NCBI GenBank assembly: GCA_054661495.1
Contig: BAAFSQ010000337.1
Coordinates: 1-10,083, forward strand
Source of the DNA: Zygophlyctis sp. KS116
Lineage: Eukaryota > Fungi > Chytridiomycota
Length of the DNA stretch: 10,083 nucleotides
Reading direction: 5' to 3'
Shown here: positions 1-7,639 of the stretch, piece after piece
How the letters are laid out: the number at the start of each line of letters is the position of its first letter
How positions within the stretch are numbered: the stretch's first letter is position 1
Notes under the pieces: generated by a model
What the model was told of the DNA's origin: nothing
Databases searched by the model: none
Seen by the model: only the letters and a program-made list of their open reading frames with translations
Translations under genes and position numbers: made by a program

Positions 1-960
1 TAGCCAGTATGAACCAAGAAATGGAAGATTGAATCTCGATCCCAGTTTTTAGTAGAGTAATCAACTTTTGTGTCAAGTGGAGCAATTTCAAACTTTTGTT
101 TCTTTTTCGATAGAATCTCGAATACAGGAAAAATCATTTGTTTCATATTTGGTGATATAATTGAGGAAATTGTTTCAAGATAGTTTGTTTTGACACAATA
201 TAAATCAAACTTTTTACGAGTCCACCATATAATGAATGACCATGGATTGATCAATTGGATATCACCAATTTTTTAACCATTGTACCAATTACAAACGTTT
301 TCTAAATCGGTGGCGCTTATGTTCAGATATTCTATTTCCGTTTTTGAGAATCCAAAGCTTGAAGAAAATTCCGTGTCAGCAACAGAATACACAGAAATAT
401 TATTGAGTCCAGATAAGATCTCTCCACTACTTACTTCCACAATTCCCATCAAGCAGGCTTTTTCAAGAGCTGAATTTACTTTCAAAGCCATAGAGTAAAA
501 TGCTCCAAAGAAAAGAAGCCTCTTTATAATAGCCCTTTCGAAAAGCATGATTCAAAGGAGCGTCGTATTCATCAATGAGTAAAATCACTCTTTTTCCATG
601 AAACTCACATCGACTTGTTATACGCCTTTGGAGTACAGAAGGTAATGCTCCGCCATTGACAGGGGGGTTTAAAGAGTCGAAATCGTATCCATACATTCCT
701 AACCCATTAGGCAATTTCTTCGGACACGTCCATTTTATGGCAGGCTACCATATTTCTTATACCATATATTATGATACATTTCTTCCCAAGTTTCACCTTT
801 GCAATCCTTAAGATCAAGAAAGACGACAGGATACTGACCACAGTGTTCCTTTACAAAATCTACTTCTTTAGAAATCTTAAATCGATCAAAGCTTTCGGCA
901 GATGCATTGATTGATAGAAATGACTTGAGCATAGATAGATTCAAACTTTTTCCAAATCTT

Positions 961-988
961 CTAAGAATTAGCCAAATCTTAAACTTGC
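961..988 (-). other. 28-nt GC-AG spliceosomal intron
   Basis: Minus strand CCAAG|GCAAGTTTAAGATTTGGCTAATTCTTAG|AAGATTT. Removal restores RPRRFGKS exactly; a GCTAAT branch-like motif lies just upstream of the AG. Confidence 0.8.
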
Positions 989-1163
989 CTTGGGCGCAAA
1001 ATACAAGCAACTTTTGAGCCGTCTTCCATGAACTCTTTGATAAACATAGTCTTATCAATGATAAATGCTGCATCACTGATGATTTCGTCAAAATCAGAAG
1101 TTCCGATTATTGGCTGATTAGAAGCAAAGTCCCTGACAGATGTTCTACTCTTTCCCGCAAGAA

Positions 1164-1188
1164 CTGACCATCATAAAAGTGAAATTAC
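1164..1188 (-). other. 25-nt GT-AG intron
   Basis: CCAG|GTAATTTCACTTTTATGATGGTCAG|TT joins ASP to VLAGKSRTSVRDF in frame with the ATPase. Confidence 0.55.
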
Positions 1189-1205
1189 CTGGACTAGCTG
1201 AAGCT

Positions 1206-1337
1206 TGTTGGAATCTAGGATCTCATTCAGTAGATTACACATGATATCTATCAATAGCATATCTATTTATAGATCACTACTATAAATAGCGCACTACTAT
1301 TAATAGATTCTTTCACCTTTTTCCAATAACTCTAACA
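1206..1337 (+). repeat. 5' LTR of Copia-1 (132 bp)
   Basis: Starts TGTTGGA and ends TCTAACA (imperfect inverted termini); TATAAATAG at 1281; followed directly by a PBS and ATG. No second copy is present to confirm the boundaries. Confidence 0.75.
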
Positions 1338-1351
1338 CGTTATTAGCACCA
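1338..1351 (+). promoter_or_regulatory. Primer-binding site complementary to the anticodon arm of tRNA-Ile(AAU) (half-tRNA primer)
   Basis: CGTTATTAGCACCA is the reverse complement of UGGUGCUAAUAACG, the eukaryotic tRNA-Ile(AAU) anticodon stem-loop as recalled. It abuts the LTR terminal CA. Confidence 0.8.
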
Positions 1352-2180
1352 TGTCTCAATCTACTCCCCCACCAGCACCATCCCAAGCTATTGCATCCTC
1401 CTCTGATCCAAGTCCCTATGTCATGTTTCATCAAGACTCGTAGTTCATTGAAACTAGTATCCACTGCTTCCATCAAACTTTCTTTCGAACCCAAACTCGT
1501 TAGACAAGAGACTTTCTTTCAATGGAAATTCATGCTTAAGGTTATTCTACTTGCTTCAAATCTTTGGGATTCTCCCGATGATTCTCCAAAGAATGAGCCT
1601 CTAGCATTGCTCGCCATCACTTCAAATGTCTCTGAAGGAGTTCGAACCTTTCTGATCGATGCTACCACCGCTAAACAGTGCTGGACCATTCTTAAAACAA
1701 AGTTTGCGTCTAAATCTATCCCCACCCAAATTCAAACCATAAAGGAACTGTGCGCTTTCTCTTTTGTTTCTGGTGACTTCCAAAACGGGTTCACTAAACT
1801 AAGAGACCTTATTCGTACCTTTAAAGCCGCAAATGAGGATAGCGAAACGATTAACTTCTCAACACTTGTTGCCCTCATAGCACTTTCCGCCTTACCAGCC
1901 GATTTTTCTTCTATTCGAACGGTACTTGAAAATGCTGCTACTACTGATGCAACACTTCTTCATCTTGACAACTTGGAGCCAAAGTTTCTACTCGAAGAAA
2001 TTACGCAACATCCGAAACAGTCAACTTCTGCCTTAAAAGTTCAAGCAAAACTTATGGATGAAAAATGTCAGCACAACCGAAATCCTTCCTCCTGCTAGAC
2101 ATGTCATCCTGAAATGGCCCCGATATGTGAAATTTGCCGTGGTCAAGGCCTAAGGCGTTTAAAAGATAAGCAATTTTTTA
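1351..2180 (+). pseudogene. gag: Copia gag (UBN2-like capsid + Cys/His knuckle), disrupted
   Basis: ATG at 1351 (MSQSTPPPAP..) frameshifts into the 1391-frame ORF: FFQWKFMLKVILLASNLWD, TAKQCWTILKTKF, LSALPADFSSIRTVL. TAG at 2096-2098 sits in C*TCHPE (expected CW.xHPE); another frameshift near 2160-2180. Confidence 0.9.
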
Positions 2181-2181
2181 C

Positions 2182-5100
2182 CCTCAACCTAAACAAGATC
2201 GTGCAAATGTAGCTTTCACCGCACATAACGTGTTTAACAACACCTTCTCATGGATCCTGGATTCTGGTGCCACGCAGCACATGTGTCATGATTCAAGACT
2301 TTTTTCGTCAATTACTCCCTTCCATACTACAATCGCCACTGCAAATGGCTCCATGGTCTCCAAAGGAAAAGGAACAGTAATATACAAATATGGTAACTCA
2401 ACACTAACACTCAATGACACGCTGTTCTGCCCTGATCTGCAAGACAATTTATTATCCATTCCTGTTCTCACCAAACAAGGCTACACTGTTGGATTCTTCC
2501 CCACGCACTGTAAAATTACAGGCCAAAACATTTCCGTACAAGTTCCGAGAGTAGGCAATCTCTACTCCTTCAACTCTAATGTTCCCATTACATCCGCCCT
2601 CACTGGCAATGTAGAACATAAACCCTTAACAGATCTTCAAGCGTGGCACCTCCGTCTAAACCACATCAAACTATTATCAAAATGAAGAATGATGAATCAG
2701 TGTGTGGTTTACCCTCATTTACCCAGGCATCTATCCCTCACTGCGCTGCATGCATCCTTGGCAAATCAAGACGAAAGCCCTTCCCAAAATCCTCAACAAG
2801 ATATACCGCTCATGTGGGTGATATAATCTCTTCTGATATATGTGGGCCATTTCCTCCCTCTACGCAAGGCTATCGCTATTTTATCACCTTTACTGATCAT
2901 TACTCGCGTTTCTCCTTCGTTTTTCTTCTGAAAGATAAGTCTGCTAAAACCATACTACCCCATTTAACAACCGTTAATTCCAAAATCAAAAATGTCACTG
3001 GTAATCCTATTCATATTTTTCGGACGGACAATGGCGGGGAATATGTCAATTCTCAGATTGAATCTTTTTGCAAACAATATGGTATTACACACGAAAGAAC
3101 CGTTCCCTATTCAAGCTTTCAAAACGGCCAAAGTGAACGTTTAAACTACAGTTATGTAAATACTATCCGCACCTTACTAACTTACGCCAAATTACCTCAA
3201 ACATATTGGACCTAAGCTCTTCTTTGCGCCTCTTGCGTCAAAAACCGAACACTTACAAAATCCACACAAAAGACTCCTTACGAAATCCTCTATGGAAAGA
3301 TCCCCTCTGTGTCGCATCTTCGAGTTTTTGGCGAATTAGCCTATGCCCATGTTACCAAGACCAATCATCCCAAATTACTTCCGCGGTCCGAGAAATTACT
3401 CTTTGTGGGTTATTCCGAATCCCAAAAAGGATATCAACTTCTCAATCCCATCACCAAGAAAATTACAATCTCTAGAGATGTCACTTTCACTCCAAATTTC
3501 AGTTTATACTATACCGGCTCTGAAATAACCACGATTCCGTTAGAAACTCAAACTGCCCCAACGGAGATCCATCTTAATTGGGCTCCTATTACCTCACCAG
3601 CTCCAGGAAGTCTTTACCCGAACCCACAAACGAACATTATTCTTCCTCCTCGACCATCTAACGTTGCTCAGGTCCCGTATCCTACCAATGAAACTACCAG
3701 TAGCTCCTCAACTGATCCCTCGCCTAGTTTTTCAAGTTTATCAGATGGCCCTGAAACTCCCTCAACTCACACAGGACTTAATGGAAATTACTGGTCTACT
3801 CCAGGTCACTCTCGCCGTGCAAATGTAGCACTTACCTTTGTTCCAAGTACTTTTGATGAAATTGCATTTCTACCTCAAATAGAAAAAGACAAGTGGACGT
3901 CAGCCATCAACTCTGAAATCGACAGTCTTACAACCAAACACACATTCACCGTCATTGATCATCCTCCCCAAAATGCAAATTTAATCGACAGCAAATGGGT
4001 ATTTAAAATCAAATATAACACCGATGGCTCCGTCAACAAATACAAAGCTCGACTGTGTGCCAGAGGATTCAGCCAAGTAAAAGGCATTGACTATCAAAAT
4101 ACTTGGGCACCTACTGGGCGCTACAACTCTCTCCGATTGTTTCTTAGCCTCGCTGTTTTTAATGACTTGGATTTAAATGTGGTAGACGTAGTGACAGCTT
4201 TCTTAAACTCAAAACTAGACTCACCCGCCTTCCTAAAGATTCCTCCTGGCTTCCCTCATTATAATAAGAAATACTGGCGACTCGAAATGACCCTTTACGG
4301 CTTAAAGCAATCCCCACATTTATGGAACTCTGATCTAAACGACTACTTAAAAAGCTGTTCTTTTTCTCCCAGCGAATATGATCCCTGTCTCTATTTCCGC
4401 AAAGAAAAAGATAATTCAACCTCTCTCATCTTTGTCTGGGTGGATGATCTACTAATTGCCTCCAGAACTTGCTATACCTCAAGTATTATCACTCAATTAT
4501 CATCATTTTTTGATCTATCCGACAATGGCCCGCTCCAAGATTACCTGAATCTTCATTTTTCTCGAAACCGCTCCACAAAATCTATTTTAATCTCTTGTTC
4601 TCACTACCTCTCTCAATCTTTAAATAGATTCAACATGTCCCTTTGTGTACCTGCCAATACACCAATGGACCCTAACGTCATACTATCCAAAGATAAATCT
4701 GACAAAATAGCTCCCACGGTTCCATATCGACAACTAGTTGGCCAACTCCTATACTTGGCATACACAGCTCGACCGGATATCGCCGCTGCTGTGGGTGTAT
4801 TGTGCAAATTCAGCAACGATCCCCGGTCAGACCATTGGAATGCAGCTAGAAGAGTACTTCGATATCTTAAAGGAACCATTAATCTATGTTTAACACTACA
4901 GCCTCAATCTCTAACACTCATTGGATTCGCAGATGCGAACTGGGCAACAGACACTGATAGTCGCAAATCGACCACAGGATATATATTTAAAATAGGAAGT
5001 TCACCCATCTCATGGAATACTAAGCTACAGCCTACTGTTGCTCTATCTAGCTGTGAAGCAGAGTACATGTCACTTGCATCAGCAGCTCAGGAAGGGATCT

Positions 5101-5374
5101 TCCTTTCAAATGTACTCAAAAGTCTAGGTGTATCTATTCTGTCGATCATTATCTTCGAAGATAATCAAGGTGCTATAGAATTAACAAAGAGCACGAAAAA
5201 CCACGCTAGAACTAAACACATAGACGTCAGGTATCATTTTCTCAAGGATATGGTAAAAGTGAATTTCTTACAGTCAAACATATTAGTACGCACGAAATGG
5301 AGGCAGACATATTTACAAAAGCTCTACCCAATCCTCAGTTTGAAAAGCTACGTCACAAGATTGGAATCCACTGA
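2182..5374 (+). pseudogene. pol: Copia pol (PR-IN-RT-RNase H), disrupted
   Basis: Frameshift near 2668 (LNH../HQTIIKM); in-frame TAA at 3213-3215 (ORFs 2643 and 3309 share a frame); frameshift near 5255 after which KSEFLTVKHISTHEMEADIFTKALPNPQFEKLRHKIGIH ends at TGA 5372-5374. Confidence 0.95.
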
Positions 5375-5379
5375 ATTTT

Positions 5380-5620
5380 AAACTTGAAAAGTGCATTTTT
5401 CTGGCCTTCAGTCAAGTCGGTAACAGCCAAGGTTGGCCATAACTACAGCTTCAATCCATCCGCAGATAGTGATATCTTTTTTGTCAACCAAACCGCAACA
5501 CCTAAAATGAATATCCCGCTTCTCCCTTACATTTGATTTCCTTAGGGCAAAGCTTGCACTTGTAATAATCCTTACAAAATAATTGTTCCGATGGCTAAAC
5601 TGAAAGGAATTTAGACACAT
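5380..5620 (-). pseudogene. Possible hAT-like transposase remnant (BED finger fragment), heavily deleted
   Basis: Minus-strand fragments KDYYKCKLCPKEIK (CxxC), a candidate 29-nt GTAAG..TTTTAG intron at 5502-5530, and VDKKDITICGWIEAVVMANL resembling the I.GWIE.IV..NLP motif of oomycete/fungal hAT transposases (from memory). Confidence 0.3.
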
Positions 5621-5625
5621 ATGAA

Positions 5626-5661
5626 TCTCCGCCTACGGCGGAGAAAATTAGTGCCGGAGGC
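5626..5661. repeat. GC-rich hairpin pair
   Basis: TCTCCGCC-TAC-GGCGGAGA (5626-5644, perfect 8-bp stem) and GCC-GGA-GGC (5653-5661) in an AT-rich context. Confidence 0.85.
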
Positions 5662-5719
5662 GGGGTGGAGTGTCAAAGCCAAACAAAGTATTTTATTTGA
5701 ATTGATCTAGAATAGTAAA

Positions 5720-5970
5720 TCATTTTATCTCCTCACGGGAAGGTCTTGCCCTTTTGTTCTGCAGAGTATCTATAACCTCGTCACAATATGCTTTAGAATC
5801 GTCTTGTAAGATTAACCTTAAAATTCAACGTACTCATATTTTTTGGTCAGGCTTTCATTTTCATTTTTAAGGCTCTCAATTTTTATTTTTAGGCTCTCAT
5901 TTTCCTCTAATAACTTTTTAAGATTTAATTTTCCGACAGCAGATGTATACATATTCCGAATAAATTTTGG
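5720..5970 (-). pseudogene. 3' fragment of a coiled-coil protein gene
   Basis: Reads KLNLKKLLEENESLKIKIESLKNENESLTKKYE, then after a frame change (candidate 17-nt GT-AG at 5817-5833) LILQDDSKAYCDEVIDTLQNKRARPSREEIK, TGA at 5722-5720 and a downstream AATAAA. Confidence 0.35.
5849..5904. repeat. 21-nt tandem repeat, about 2.7 copies (heptad ENESLKx on the minus strand)
   Basis: aggctttcattttcattttta / aggctctcaatttttattttt / aggctctcattttc. Confidence 0.8.
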
Positions 5971-5974
5971 TAAT

Positions 5975-6668
5975 ATGAACGAAAACGGCTCTACTCAAAG
6001 CCCTGCTGGATCCTCTACTGTAGTAATGAACAGCTAATCTCTATTGAAAATTGTAAGACCCAATTGAAAGAATCTTAATTACGGCTTCTCGAAGTTACAG
6101 AATCTTATCAAACTATGTTAGATGATAGCAATTCCACCACTGTTCAAAGGTCTGCTTTGTTAAATCAAGTCAAAGAATTACGGGATCAATGTGAACTTTT
6201 TTCATAAATTTTAGGTCAGCAGTTAGACCCTCGCCTTCTCCTGGCCTTAACTGAGAGCCATCAAATTCTGCTACGACTACAGCAATGAAATTAGCTACTT
6301 CTTGTGACAAATTCACAGTGAACACTTCTGCAGATGAATTTCGGTTTTCCTTTGAAGAAATATTGTTTGCATCACAAACAATATCTAAATTAAAATTTTT
6401 TTAATACTGCTTGGTATCCTCGTGTTAAAACATGCTAATGGACCAATGTGGTTTACTACTTTTTCCCCTTGTTTTGCACTTAAATCTGTCAACTTTTAAG
6501 TCTGCCTTCTTCTCCCAGTTTTTGCCTGACGAAGCTCAGACTGATCGCTTCCAGGAACTACTGGAAATACGCTACCGTTCCAATATATCTGTACGAACTT
6601 TTTCAAATCGCTTCATAGAGAAAATGAGGCTAAATGAAATTTCATTAAGTTCAGACACCACGGCTTAA
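5975..6668 (+). pseudogene. Ty3/Gypsy-like gag remnant (coiled-coil N-terminus + Retrotrans_gag-like capsid)
   Basis: Fragments NEQLISIENCKTQLKES*LRLLEV..LLNQVKELRDQC, ADEFRFSFEEIL, PMWFTT and LSTFKSAFFSQFLPDEAQTDRFQELLEIRYRSNISVRTFSNRF match the W..FK..F...F...EL..L....SV..Y..RF capsid pattern. Several stops and frameshifts. Confidence 0.55.
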
Positions 6669-6689
6669 TTTGGCATTGAGAAACGGTTA

Positions 6690-7632
6690 TTATACAGTTG
6701 CATAAATATCAATCCAATTTTTCTATGCTCCTGGCGGAATTTAGATGCCGTTTAAAAGATGAACTTAAAAGAAAAAGATGATACATTTCATGATAGGCTG
6801 AAAGATACTGCACTCGATACTATTACATTATCTGAATACATGCGAAATGCATCGTTCTTGTAGCTTAGTGACGAGGTTTCACAAAGTTGCAGTATTGCGA
6901 ATCGTTTGGATTTAATTTTACTGTATAGTCTCATGGCCCGGTCACAAATTACAAGGGACTCAATACATATCAAACTCAAAGAAAAAGTGTTTTAACAGCT
7001 TTTGAAAATTATAAAATTAGTTGCAGCAAGAAAACACATCTTGGCAGAGATGTTGCTGTGTCTGTCGGTACAACAGCTGGATTATCAGAAAACTCGATGA
7101 AAAGACACGGTATAGTTTTTTTGTTTTATCTGTCCAGGATTCTGGAAAGCAGACTCTTTTTCAGGCTCTTATCAATCAAGGGTTCTCCCGTATGATGTGA
7201 TACGGGTACTAGCAGGATTTGAAACTGATGGAGGGTCATACCGGATTTGGTAAATCCTCCCACAGAAATTCAACAGTTGATATTCCCATGGGTGGAAAAC
7301 TCAATTAAGCTCATTCAAAATTTAATTCAGCTAAAGAAAATTGAAAGTGAACATTCAGGATTGGGATTTTTAAAATTGTTGTTATTGTTACGCCGAGTCT
7401 TTTTACAAGATGCAGCAGCTTTTTATTTGGAGAGTGAATATTCGAAATATGCATTTTTCAGCTGCCCTTCCTGAAAAGTGAAAAATATGTCGCCTTTCGG
7501 AAAGAAATCAAGGAAAGCATTACTGATCCTGCCAATAAAATGCTATTCAAAGCTGGAACTGAACGTAAACTTAATCAAGTGATAGAAATTTTACAGTAAA
7601 TACAGAGTATTTATTCAGATAAAAATTCATGA
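6690..7632 (+). mobile_element. CryptonF-like tyrosine-recombinase transposon remnant (NDC10_II-like domain)
   Basis: FHDRLKDTALDT, NRLDLILLYSLMARSQITR, TYQTQRKSVLTAF, SKKTHLGR, MKRH|GFW, GSY, LPYDVIRVLAGF, PPTEIQQLIFPWVE, GFLKLLLLLRRVFLQDAA, FQLPFLKSEKYVAF. Catalytic R (6939), HxxR (7037-7048), W and Y (7170) are retained. Large internal deletion near 6960; no GCR1_C domain seen. Confidence 0.85.
7110..7137 (+). other. 28-nt GT-AG intron in the Crypton recombinase
   Basis: CACG|GTATAGTTTTTTTGTTTTATCTGTCCAG|GATTCTGG; removal restores RHGFW and the frame to the catalytic Tyr. Confidence 0.8.
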
Positions 7633-7639
7633 AAAACAA

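Larger units (their letters stand above)
1..1205 (-). pseudogene. AAA-ATPase-like (PF09820-type) NTPase pseudogene, probably NTPase + PD-(D/E)XK nuclease family; continues past the left edge, 5' part cut off by the Copia insertion
   Basis: After removing introns 1164-1188 and 961-988, manual translation gives PIIGTSDFDEII..FIIDKTMFIKEF..ILRPRRFGKSLNLSML (Walker A), YPVVFLDLK, VILLIDEYDAPL (Walker B), SGLNNI, FGFSKTEI, WYNG*KIG..INPWS and FLVHTGY. Frameshifts near 760, 715 and 520; in-frame TAA at 273-275 replaces the conserved Tyr of WYNGY. Confidence 0.85.
1206..5374 (+). mobile_element. Ty1/Copia LTR retrotransposon (Copia-1), decayed, 3' LTR missing
   Basis: LTR, PBS, gag, protease (WILDSGAT), pre-integrase (WHLRLNH), integrase (DICGP, TDNGGEY, NGQSERLN), RT (YKARLCARGFSQ, LYGLKQSP, WVDDLL) and RNase H (DANWA, EAEY, EDNQGA, TKHIDVRYHF, ADIFTKAL). 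IN precedes RT, the Copia domain order. Confidence 0.97.

Noticed and set aside
2096-2180. Programmed gag-pol readthrough or frameshift
   Set aside because: The TAG falls on the conserved Trp of CW.xHPE and the element has several other lesions, so decay is the simpler explanation.
5548-5554. CA|AAGCT as the right-hand TSD of Copia-1
   Set aside because: The preceding sequence is not LTR-like and the ATPase does not resume afterwards; a chance 5-mer.
5656-5720. GGAGGCGGGGTGGAG|TGTCAAAG as the PPT and 3' LTR of Copia-1 (shares GGTGGAGTGT with the Copia-2 PPT junction)
   Set aside because: The following sequence has no similarity to LTR 1206-1337 and no matching LTR end was found.
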